DNA of 64,000 bases from Alphaproteobacteria bacterium. Lineage in GTDB: Bacteria > Pseudomonadota > Alphaproteobacteria > UBA828. Under the pieces are notes generated by a model. That model had not been told where the DNA came from. It saw nothing but the letters and a program-made list of their open reading frames with translations, and ran no database searches. Position 1 is the first letter of the stretch. Every line of letters begins with the position of its first letter. Location of the stretch: contig CBDEFM010000002.1 in NCBI GenBank assembly GCA_965237415.1, forward strand, positions 3,904,001 to 3,968,000, given 5' to 3'. Below, one piece after another: positions 40,903 to 49,409 of the stretch. Both the position numbers and the translations under genes were made by a program.

Positions 40903-42113
40903 CGACGGACCCGGTGCCGGTCGAGACGGAGGCGGGCGGCACGCTCGCCTACAACGTCATGCACTTCGTGCGGGGCCTGCGCGGCGCCGGCCTGCCGGCG
41001 GGGCCGGGCAAGACCATCGCGGCGGTGCGCGCCGTCGAGGCGGTCGATCCCACCCGCCGCAGCGATCTCTACTGGGCGCTCCACGCCGTCCTCGTCGAGC
41101 GGCGCGATCAGCACGACATCTTCGACCAGGCGTTTCACCTGTTCTGGCGCGAGATCCGCCTGCAGAGCGCGGTCCAGGGCCCGGTCATGGCGAGCGACAG
41201 GCTGCCCCAGCCCGAGGCACCGCCGGCGAGCCGGCGGGCCAGCGAGGCCATCGCCCCGCGCCTGCCCGACGAGGAGGAGAAACAGGAGAACGTCGAGATC
41301 GAGCTCGACGCGGTGCTCACCTTCTCGCCCCAGGAAGTGCTGCAGGAGATGGATTTCGAGGACATGTCGGCGGACGAGCTGGCCGAGGCGAAGCGGGCGA
41401 TTGCGGCGCTGAGACTGCCGATCAAGCCGGTGCCGACGCGGCGCTTCCGGCCCGACCAGCTCGGCCGGCGGATCGACATGCGGGCCACGCTCCGGGCGAG
41501 CCTGCGGTCGAGCGGCGACCTCATGCCGCTCAAGCGCCGCTCCCGCGCCGAGCGCCTGCCGACGCTGGTCGTGCTGTGCGACGTGTCGGGGTCGATGAGC
41601 CGCTACTCGCGCATGTTCCTGCACTTCGTCCACGCCGTGACCAACGACCGCGACCGGGTGCACAGCTTCCTCTTCGGCACGCGGCTCACCAACATCACGC
41701 GCTACCTCAGGCATCGCGATGTCGATGTCGCCGTCGGCAGTGCGAGCCGCGCCGTCCACGACTGGTCCGGCGGCACGCGGATCGGCCCCTGCCTCAAGGA
41801 CTTCAATCAATACTGGTCGAGGCGCGTGCTGGCCCAGGGCGCGCTGGTGCTGCTGATCACCGACGGGCTCGACCGCGACGATCTCGGCATTCTGCGGGTC
41901 GAGGTGGAGCGGCTGCACAAGTCCTGCCGGCGGCTCATCTGGCTCAACCCGCTGCTCCGCTACGAGGGCTTCAAGCCCGAGGCCGGCGGCGTGCGCACGA
42001 TCCTGCCGCACATCGACGACTTCCGTCCGGTCCACAACATTGCGAGCCTCATGGACATCGCCGCCGCGCTGAGCGCGCCTGCGGCTGCCGAGCAAGGCGC
42101 GGCCTGGGGCTGA
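40899..42113 (+). CDS. VWA-domain protein (CoxE-like)
   Basis: [34 protein letters not shown]. Confidence 0.9.
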   Translation: MTTDPVPVETEAGGTLAYNVMHFVRGLRGAGLPAGPGKTIAAVRAVEAVDPTRRSDLYWALHAVLVERRDQHDIFDQAFHLFWREIRLQSAVQGPVMASDRLPQPEAPPASRRASEAIAPRLPDEEEKQENVEIELDAVLTFSPQEVLQEMDFEDMSADELAEAKRAIAALRLPIKPVPTRRFRPDQLGRRIDMRATLRASLRSSGDLMPLKRRSRAERLPTLVVLCDVSGSMSRYSRMFLHFVHAVTNDRDRVHSFLFGTRLTNITRYLRHRDVDVAVGSASRAVHDWSGGTRIGPCLKDFNQYWSRRVLAQGALVLLITDGLDRDDLGILRVEVERLHKSCRRLIWLNPLLRYEGFKPEAGGVRTILPHIDDFRPVHNIASLMDIAAALSAPAAAEQGAAWG

Positions 42114-42132
42114 CCCGGACTTCTCGCCACGG
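42109..42132 (+). repeat. 24-bp direct repeat, left copy
   Basis: GCTGACCCGGACTTCTCGCCACGG; 22/24 identical to 47118-47141. Confidence 0.85.
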
Positions 42133-42177
42133 CGGCTGCCTGAGTCGCACCCCGCGCGTCTTTCGTCCCCGTGCGAG

Positions 42178-42420
42178 GGCGCGGGATACGATCCGTACAT
42201 TAATTTTGTCCGGGATTCGCCGGGATTAAGTGGGATTAAGTGGGATAAGTGGGATTCCGCACGGGAAAGGGTCGCGCACGCTCGAAGGGTCGTGCGCGCG
42301 GTAGATAGGGTCGCGCCAGTCCGTTCATTCCGCCTCCGTCTGCCGAGCCCGCTCGCTCGTGCTCTGCAAGGCGCGAATCTGACGCGCACGGCGCACGCCG
42401 TGCAGCGCACCATGGTCCGG
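42178..42420 (-). mobile_element. Gene-less short derivative of the gp27-associated element
   Basis: Four blocks homologous to 16198-16229, 17287-17317, 16461-16492 and 17399-17500. Confidence 0.65.
42211..42256 (-). repeat. (A)ATCCCACTT tandem array, copy 2 (G-rich on + strand)
   Basis: CGGGATTCGC CGGGATTAAG TGGGATTAAG TGGGATAAG TGGGATT. Confidence 0.95.
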
Positions 42421-42455
42421 GCTAAGATCGGCGCCGCAACGAGGGACGGAGCATC

Positions 42456-43211
42456 ATGAAGCTCGAAGGGAAGGTTGCGATCGTGACCGGCGGCTCGCGC
42501 GGGATCGGCGCCTGCATTGCCCGCCGCTACGGGCGGGAGGGCGCCACCGTCGCGGTGGTCGGCAACACCAGGCGCGACCGCGCCGAGGCGGTGGTGGCCG
42601 AGATCGAGGCCGCCGGCGGCAAGGCCCAAGCGTTCCTGGCCGATATCGGCGTGGTGGCGGACTGCGAGCGCCTGGCGCGGGAGGTGATCGCGGCCTTCGG
42701 CACGGTGGACATCCTGGTGAACAGTGCCGGCATCTTCACGCCGCTCCCCATCGAGGAGGTCACCGAGGAGAACTGGGACGCCCAGCACGCGCTCAATCTC
42801 AAGGGCGCGTTCTTCCTGACCAAGGCCGTCGTCCCCACCATGAAGGCCAAAGGCGCCGGCAAGATCATCAATATCTCGTCCATCGCAGGCTGCGGCGGGT
42901 TCCCGAACTCCAGCGCCTACTGCGCGACGAAGGGCGGCCTCACCAACATGACCAAGGCGCTCTGCCTCGAGCTCGCTGGCGACGGCATCAACGTCAACAC
43001 ACTCTCGCCCGGCAACATCGAGACCGACATGAACGCCGCGTTCCGCACGGATGCGGAATACGACGCGCGGCAGGCGGAGCTCACCCCTGCCGGAATCGGC
43101 CATATGGACCCGGAGCAGCTCACCGGCGCCGCGGTCTTCCTCGCGTCCGCCGATTCGGACTCGGTCCACGGCGTGGACCTGCTGGTGGACAATGGCTGGG
43201 CCGCCTGGTAG
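42456..43211 (+). CDS. Short-chain dehydrogenase/reductase
   Basis: TGGSRGIG, NSAG, NISS, YCATK, PG. Confidence 0.93.
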   Translation: MKLEGKVAIVTGGSRGIGACIARRYGREGATVAVVGNTRRDRAEAVVAEIEAAGGKAQAFLADIGVVADCERLAREVIAAFGTVDILVNSAGIFTPLPIEEVTEENWDAQHALNLKGAFFLTKAVVPTMKAKGAGKIINISSIAGCGGFPNSSAYCATKGGLTNMTKALCLELAGDGINVNTLSPGNIETDMNAAFRTDAEYDARQAELTPAGIGHMDPEQLTGAAVFLASADSDSVHGVDLLVDNGWAAW

Positions 43212-43229
43212 CGGCGAGGGGGCGGCGCA

Positions 43230-44033
43230 GTGACGGCGGCGAACGACATCCTCTACGAGGCGCACGGCCATGTGCGCCTGATCACCATCGACCGCGCCGA
43301 GAAGATGAATTCCCTCGATTTCGCGGCCAACGACCGGTTGATCGAGCGCTGGCGCGAATTTGCCGCCGATGACAAGGCGCGGGTCGCCGTCGTCACCGGC
43401 GCGGGCGACAAGGCGTTCTGCGCCGGCGCGGACCTCAAGACCTACACGATGAATTACGCCGGGCGGCCTGCGCCCGAGTTTCGCACGCGGTTTACGGATG
43501 GGCCCGGCTTCGGCGGCATCACCCGGGGGCTTGAGATCGACAAGCCGATCATCGCGGCGGTCAACGGCTATGCGATCTCCGGCGGGCTGGAGCTCGCCGA
43601 GGCCTGCGACATCCGCTTCTGCTCGCCCAACGCCGAGTTTGCCCATCAGGACGTGAACTGGGGCTTCCACCCGTGCGACGGCGGCAGCGTGCGCCTGCCG
43701 CGGATCGTGGGCCTCGGCAATGCCATGGAAATCATCCTCTCGGGCCGGCGCATCGACGCCGAGCACGCGCTCCGCATCGGCCTCGTCAACCGCATCGTGC
43801 CTGCCGCCGACCTGGTGGCGGAGACCATGGAATTCGCCGCGCTCGTGGCGAGCCGGGCGCCGCTCGCCCAGCGCTTCGCCAAGGACGTCATGCTGCGTGC
43901 CTTCGATATGCCGCTCGCGGATGCGCTCCGCCTCGAATCCCGCTCGTTCTACGATCTCGGCGGCACGCAGGACCTCAGGGAAGGCACCGATGCCTTCCGC
44001 GAGAAGCGCCCGGCAAATTTCAAGGGGCGCTAG
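43230..44033 (+). CDS. Enoyl-CoA hydratase/isomerase family protein
   Basis: AFCAGADL, AVNGYAISGGLELAEACD, AFREKR. Confidence 0.92.
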   Translation: MTAANDILYEAHGHVRLITIDRAEKMNSLDFAANDRLIERWREFAADDKARVAVVTGAGDKAFCAGADLKTYTMNYAGRPAPEFRTRFTDGPGFGGITRGLEIDKPIIAAVNGYAISGGLELAEACDIRFCSPNAEFAHQDVNWGFHPCDGGSVRLPRIVGLGNAMEIILSGRRIDAEHALRIGLVNRIVPAADLVAETMEFAALVASRAPLAQRFAKDVMLRAFDMPLADALRLESRSFYDLGGTQDLREGTDAFREKRPANFKGR

Positions 44034-44120
44034 AGGAGGTGTGTTGCGGTGCGTGCCGCCTTGCCCTCGGCCCAACCCGAACATATCGTGCCCGCCTAGG
44101 AAACGGGGGAGGAGCAGGGC

Positions 44121-44453
44121 GTGACCGACGATCCGGGACGCGGCTGCCACGACATCGGCGGGCTGCCCGCCGGCCGCATCGAGCGGGCGGAGCATGCGCA
44201 TGCGCTCTGGGAAAAGCGGGTCGACGCCCTGATGGTGCTGCTCGGAAGCCAGGAGCGGCGGGTCATCACCGTGGACGAGCTTCGCCGCGGCATCGAGCAG
44301 CTCGGCGCCGAGGCCTACGACGCGATGAGCTACTACGAGCGCTGGATCGCCTCGATCACCAACACCCTGCTCAACAAGGGTGTCATCGATTCCGACGAGC
44401 TCGGCCGCCGCATGGCCGAGGTCGAGGCGCGGGGCGAGGAGGGCGCCGGCTGA
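44121..44453 (+). CDS. Nitrile hydratase beta N-terminal half / ScnB-like subunit
   Basis: HDIGG, WEKRVDAL, DELRRGIE, SYYERW. Confidence 0.88.
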   Translation: MTDDPGRGCHDIGGLPAGRIERAEHAHALWEKRVDALMVLLGSQERRVITVDELRRGIEQLGAEAYDAMSYYERWIASITNTLLNKGVIDSDELGRRMAEVEARGEEGAG

Positions 44454-44743
44454 TGGCCGCCCGCTTCACCGTCGGCGACCGTGTCGCCGTGCGCCGTGCC
44501 TTCCCGCTCGGCCACATCCGCACGCCCTACTACGCGCGTGGCGCCGTCGGCGATGTGGAGCGCATCTGCGGCGCCTTCGGCAATCCCGAGGAGCTGGCCT
44601 TCGGGCGCGGCAACGGCCCCAGGCAGAGCCTCTACCGGGTGCGGTTCGCCCAGACGGCGCTCTGGCCGGACTATGACGGCCCGCCCGGCGATAGCATCGA
44701 CATTGAGCTCTACGAGCATTGGCTCGAGCCCGAGACGGAGTGA
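44453..44743 (+). CDS. Nitrile hydratase beta C-terminal (SH3-like) half / ScnA-like subunit
   Basis: FTVGDRV, GHIRTPYYARG, PEELA, LYRVRF, YEHWLEP; TGATG coupling. Confidence 0.88.
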   Translation: MAARFTVGDRVAVRRAFPLGHIRTPYYARGAVGDVERICGAFGNPEELAFGRGNGPRQSLYRVRFAQTALWPDYDGPPGDSIDIELYEHWLEPETE

Positions 44744-44746
44744 GCG

Positions 44747-45382
44747 ATGGCAACCGACTCCCACGCCCACGCCCACGCCCACGATCACCAGCCGCCGCCC
44801 GACGAGGCCGGTCCGCTCACCTACTACCAGACCATGGAGATCGCCGTTCGCGAGCTCTTGATCGAGAAGGGCGTGTTCGGCGCCGACGACGTGCGCGCGG
44901 CGCTCGAGGCGATGGATGCCCGCAGCCCCGCGCGCGGCGCCGACGTCGTGGCCCACGCCTGGACCGACCCGGCCTTCAAGGACGCGCTGCTGGAAGACGG
45001 CACGGAGGCCTGCGCGCAGCTCGGCATCGACATCGGGCCGACCCGGCTCATCGCCGTCGAAAACACGGAGGCCGTGCACAACGTCATCGTCTGCACGCTC
45101 TGCTCGTGCTATCCGCGCAACCTCCTGGGTCTTCCGCCCGACTGGTACAAGGCGAAGGCCTACCGCTCGCGGGTGGTGCGCGAGCCCCGCGCGGTCCTGC
45201 GCGAGTTCGGCACCGAGGTTTCTGACGACGTGACCGTGCGGGTGCACGATTCGACCGCCGACATGCGCTACATTGTGGTGCCCCGGCGGCCCGCCGGCAC
45301 CGAGGGGTGGGACCGCGAGCGCCTTGCCGCGTTGGTGACGCGCGACTGCCTCATCGGCGTGACGCTGCCGAAGAACCCCTGA
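44747..45382 (+). CDS. Cobalt-type nitrile hydratase alpha / ScnC-like catalytic subunit
   Basis: VCTLCSCYPR metal motif, PDWYK...YRSR.VREPR, VHDSTAD.RY; His-rich N-terminus. Confidence 0.93.
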   Translation: MATDSHAHAHAHDHQPPPDEAGPLTYYQTMEIAVRELLIEKGVFGADDVRAALEAMDARSPARGADVVAHAWTDPAFKDALLEDGTEACAQLGIDIGPTRLIAVENTEAVHNVIVCTLCSCYPRNLLGLPPDWYKAKAYRSRVVREPRAVLREFGTEVSDDVTVRVHDSTADMRYIVVPRRPAGTEGWDRERLAALVTRDCLIGVTLPKNP

Positions 45383-45445
45383 CGCCAGCCCGGCGGCGCA
45401 CGTGGGCGCCGGGCGGCCTCAGCTTGAGAGGGATCGACTCCGACT

Positions 45446-47122
45446 ATGCATGATCTCGTAATTCGCGGCGCCATGGTCGCCGACGGTGTGGGTAATCCGC
45501 TGATCCGCGCCGATGTTGCCGTCAAAGGGGAGCACATCGCCGAGGTCGGCGACGTGACGGAAAGCGCGCGGGAGACCGTCGACGCCGACGGCCTCGTGCT
45601 CGCGCCCGGCATCGTCGACGTGCATACCCATTACGACGCCCAGATCACGTGGGAGAGTCAGGCGACGCCGTCGCCCTCGCTCGGCGTGACCACGGTCGTC
45701 ATGGGCAATTGCGGCTTCAGCATCGCGCCCTGCCCGCCGGAGCGGCGCGAGCAGATGGCGCGCAACCTGGCCGAGGTCGAGGGCATGTCCATCGCCGCGC
45801 TGGAGGCCGGGATCGACTGGAGCTTCGAGGACTTCCCCGAGTACTTGGCGCTGCTGCGGCGCAAGGGGTGCTATCCCAACGCCGGCGTCTTCGTCGGTCA
45901 TTCGGCGGTGCGCACCACGGTGCTCGGCGCCGAGGCCTCGGATCGCGCAGCGACCGAGGACGAGATCGCCACCATGCGCGGGATCGTGAAGGAGGCGATG
46001 GAGGCGGGCGCCATCGGCTTCGCCACCTCCACCTCGATCAACCACAACGGCGACGGCGGGGTGCCGATGCCCTCCCGGCTCGCGGAAGACGACGAGATGC
46101 GCGCTCTGGTGGGTGTGCTCGGCGAGCTCGGCCGCGGCATCTTCCAGCTCACGGTCGGCCCGAGCATGACGGTGGAACGGCTGGAGAGCATGGCGGCCGA
46201 GACCGGCCGGCCGGTCTTCATGACCGCAGCCCTCCACAACGAGACCTTTCCCGACCGCGCCATCGGCATGCTCGACGGGGCAGCGGCCGCCCAGAGCCGC
46301 GGCAACGCGGTGTGGGCCCAGGTCTCGTGCCAGCCGCTTTGCATGGATTTCTCCATGCGGACCGCCTTCCCGCTCCAGAGCCTCAACGCCTGGGAGCCGC
46401 TGCACCGCGCCTCCGACGAGGAGTTCCTGGCGATCATCGGGAGCCAGGACTTCCGCAACAGGTTCCGGGAGGACATGGAGAAGCCGCAGAGCGGCAAGAT
46501 CTTCTACGGCGACTGGCGACGGGTCGAGGTGGCGAAGGCGACGACGCCCGCGCACCAGGCGCTGGAAGGCGAGACCATCGAGGCCATCGCCGGGCGCGAG
46601 GGCCGCGATCCGGTGGACGTGATGTTCGACATCGCCGTGGACGAGAGGCTCGGCACCACCTTCAACGCAGCCCTGCTCAATGCTGACGAGGCGGCGGTCG
46701 AGGACCTGCTGCGTCACGACGCGGGCCTCATCAGCCTGTCCGATGCCGGCGCCCATCTCTGCTACCTCTGCGATGCCGGCTACGGCCTGCACCTCTTGGG
46801 CCACTGGGTGCGCGACAAGGGCGTCTTCGATCTGGCGGACGGCATCCGCCGGATCACCAGCCTGCCGGCGCAGCTTTACGGAATCGCGGATCGCGGTGAG
46901 ATCGCGCCGGGCAAGTTCGCGGATTTTCTGCTCTTCGATCCGGCGACGGTCGGGCGCGGCGCGATCCGGAGAGTCGACGATCTGCCCGGCGGCGAGAGCC
47001 GCCTGGTCCGCGATGCCAGCGGCGTGCACGGGGTCTGGGTCAACGGCACCGGCGTCTACGACGGCGACGGCTACCGCGACGTGCCGCCGCCCGGTCACGT
47101 GCTCGACCGCTTCCTGAGCTAA
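45446..47122 (+). CDS. N-acyl-D-amino-acid deacylase family amidohydrolase
   Basis: PGIVDVHTHYD, GVTTVVMGNCG, SDAGAH, ADFLLFD. Confidence 0.9.
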   Translation: MHDLVIRGAMVADGVGNPLIRADVAVKGEHIAEVGDVTESARETVDADGLVLAPGIVDVHTHYDAQITWESQATPSPSLGVTTVVMGNCGFSIAPCPPERREQMARNLAEVEGMSIAALEAGIDWSFEDFPEYLALLRRKGCYPNAGVFVGHSAVRTTVLGAEASDRAATEDEIATMRGIVKEAMEAGAIGFATSTSINHNGDGGVPMPSRLAEDDEMRALVGVLGELGRGIFQLTVGPSMTVERLESMAAETGRPVFMTAALHNETFPDRAIGMLDGAAAAQSRGNAVWAQVSCQPLCMDFSMRTAFPLQSLNAWEPLHRASDEEFLAIIGSQDFRNRFREDMEKPQSGKIFYGDWRRVEVAKATTPAHQALEGETIEAIAGREGRDPVDVMFDIAVDERLGTTFNAALLNADEAAVEDLLRHDAGLISLSDAGAHLCYLCDAGYGLHLLGHWVRDKGVFDLADGIRRITSLPAQLYGIADRGEIAPGKFADFLLFDPATVGRGAIRRVDDLPGGESRLVRDASGVHGVWVNGTGVYDGDGYRDVPPPGHVLDRFLS

Positions 47123-47141
47123 CCCGGACTTCTCGCCGCGG
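47118..47141 (+). repeat. 24-bp direct repeat, right copy
   Basis: GCTAACCCGGACTTCTCGCCGCGG. Confidence 0.85.
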
Positions 47142-48073
47142 TCACTGATCGGCGCTGGCGCGCGGGGCCACTGGGGTGGCGCGGTATCGCTGATGAACGG
47201 CCGCTCCGCCTGGGGCGCGACCGCGAGCTCGGGCTCGCCCGCCTCGGTCACAGTCACCCGCACTTCGAGCCGGGAGCCCCCGCCGCCGAACACGGCACCC
47301 CGCGTCGGCGCTGCATCGGCATAGTCGCGGCCCACGGCGATGCGGACATGGCGGTGGTCGGCGAGGGTGTCGTTGGTCGGGTCGATGCCGATCCAGCCGA
47401 GATCGGGGAGCAGGAACTCCGCCCAGGCGTGGCTCGCCCCCTCAGGCGTCTGCTCGCCCGGTGCGCCTTCGCGATGGAGGTAGCCTGAGACATAGCGGCT
47501 CGGGATGCCCCACGAGCGCGCGATGGTCAGCATCACATGGGTGTAGTCCTGACAGACGCCGCGCCCGGTTTCCAGAATGTGCTCGATCGGCGAATCGACA
47601 GCGGTGCTGCCCGGCTCGTATTGGAACAATGCGTGCAGCGCGCGGGCCATCTCCAGAAGGGAGGAGAGGGGGTCGCCGCCGCGGCGCGGACCGTTGGCGT
47701 CGGTGAACGCTGCGAGTGCCGGGCTCGGACGGGCGAAGCGGCTCGGCGTCAGGAACTCCCAGTGGTGGAGCGGTGCCGCAACCTCCGCCAAGGCGTCCCA
47801 GGAGTCCTTCTCCGGGCGATCCGGCAAGTCGGGCGCAGGCGCGGTCACGACATCCGCCCGCGAGCGGACGGCGGTGTGCTCGTGCGACCGATGGATATTG
47901 AACAGATGGCAGGCGTTGCCGAAGGGGTCCTCGAATGCAATCGGGGCGGCGACCGGATCGATCTCGAGCGAGAAGGAGGCGAAGGTGAGCCGCGGAATCG
48001 TCATCCCCGGCCCGGTCGAGGAGTGCCGCGCCTTCTTCGCTCGATCGTCCTCATGCGTTGCGCCGCTGTTCAT
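47142..48073 (-). pseudogene. Transglutaminase-like protein, probably frameshifted near the 3' end, with an atypical N-terminus
   Basis: GVCQDYTH, RYVSGY, HAWAE, GIDPTN, GRDYAD intact; the frame runs on antisense to 45419, while an out-of-frame SADQ-TGA ends at 47142. Confidence 0.6.
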
Positions 48074-48119
48074 CTCGCCTTCATCCCTGTCCTCGCCCGT
48101 GCGGGGGTTGCCGGCCTTA

Positions 48120-48184
48120 TATGCGAATAACTCTCATTGCGGATATTTTATTCGCAGAAAACGATAATGCAACTCATTCCTATT
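48120..48184. promoter_or_regulatory. Two Fur/Mur-like metal-regulator boxes
   Basis: TATGCGAATAACTCTCATT (48120-48138, 15/18 to AATGAGAATnATTCTCATT) and AATGCAACTCATTCCTATT (48166-48184, 13/18). Confidence 0.5.
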
Positions 48185-48334
48185 GGTATTTAGAGACGGC
48201 GATGAGGGTTCGTATCGTCCGATCACGCCGCGCCCTGATACCGCGCGAGCCATGATCATGGTGAAATATCCGGGCTGGTCGGTTATTCATCGATGATCGA
48301 CACGCCCCACAATCCTCTCGGGAGGCTAGACGCC

Positions 48335-49372
48335 ATGAAGTTTCAATTGGCCATCAACATGGAGCGGCTCGTGCCCGACCTCGACATGACCGACGTCGCG
48401 CGCCATACGCTGGAGATGGTGCAGATGGCCGACGAGGGCGGGTTCGCGATCGCATGGGCCGCCGAGCACCATGCGCTGGAGATGACCATCGCGCCCAATC
48501 CGTTCCAGATCCTGACCTGGTGGGCGGCGCACACCTCGCGCATCCGGCTCGGCTCGGCGGTGGTCGTGGCGGCGTACTGGCATCCGATCAAGGCTGCAGG
48601 CGAGGCTGCGCTGCTGGATCTCTACAGCGGCGGGCGGCTCGAGTTCGGCATCGGCTCCGGCGCCTACCAGCGCGAGTTCGACCGCATGCACCCGGGCCTG
48701 CAGCGCAATGACGCATTTCACTACATGTTCGAGATGCTGCCGGCGGTGAAGGCGCTCTGGCAGGGCGACTACGCGCACGAGGGCGAGTTCTGGTCATTTC
48801 CTGCCGCGACCTCCGTGCCGAAGCCGCTGCAAAAGCCCCATCCGCCCATCTGGATCGCCGCGCGCTCGCCGGACACCTACGACTTTGCGGTGAAGCACGA
48901 ATGCAACATCCTCTCGTGGCCTCTCACCCGCCCGATGTCGGAGGTCGAGGCCTACAGGGAGCGTATGGAGACCGCGCTCGCCGACAATCCCGGTAAGCCC
49001 CGGCCCATCTTCTCCACCATGCGCCACACGGTGGTGTACGACCGCAAGGAAGAGTGGGAGGTGCCGGTGAAGGCCGCGATGCGCCAGTTCGGCCAGTTCG
49101 AGAACCTGTTCAAGAACCTCGGCGACGTTGCCAACGGCTTTCCCCGCACGATCGAGCTTTCGGAGCTGGAGAACCGGGACGAGTACGACCCGCAGATGCT
49201 CCATCGCAACCTCATGTTCGGCACGCCTGACGAGGTGATCGAAAAGCTCAGGGCCTACGAGGCGCTGGGTGTCGACCAGTTCACGTACTACGCGAGCCTC
49301 GGCCTCGGGATGAAGGAGCAGAAACGCTCGCTCAAGCTGTTCATCGAGGAGGTGATGCCGGCATTCGCGTGA
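48335..49372 (+). CDS. Luciferase-like flavin-dependent monooxygenase (TgnB-like)
   Basis: MKF....MER, AEHH..EMTIAPNPF, YWHPI..AGEAA, GAYQREF, WQGDY.HEGEFWSFP..TSVPKP. Confidence 0.85.
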   Translation: MKFQLAINMERLVPDLDMTDVARHTLEMVQMADEGGFAIAWAAEHHALEMTIAPNPFQILTWWAAHTSRIRLGSAVVVAAYWHPIKAAGEAALLDLYSGGRLEFGIGSGAYQREFDRMHPGLQRNDAFHYMFEMLPAVKALWQGDYAHEGEFWSFPAATSVPKPLQKPHPPIWIAARSPDTYDFAVKHECNILSWPLTRPMSEVEAYRERMETALADNPGKPRPIFSTMRHTVVYDRKEEWEVPVKAAMRQFGQFENLFKNLGDVANGFPRTIELSELENRDEYDPQMLHRNLMFGTPDEVIEKLRAYEALGVDQFTYYASLGLGMKEQKRSLKLFIEEVMPAFA

Positions 49373-49409
49373 CGATACCTGCGCTGTCGGCAATGAACGG
49401 CAGGCGTGT

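Noticed and set aside
40836-44201. 1121-aa minus-strand ORF
   Set aside because: Antisense shadow of the coxE-like, SDR and crotonase genes, caused by high-GC codon bias; no recognisable motifs.
44761-44783. CCACGC hexamer repeat as a phase-variation tract
   Set aside because: In frame, and it encodes the His-rich N-terminus common in cobalt NHase alpha subunits.
45419-48073. 884-aa protein as a real full-length CDS
   Set aside because: The last ~570 codons are antisense to the amidohydrolase; best explained by a frameshift that bypassed the stop at 47142.
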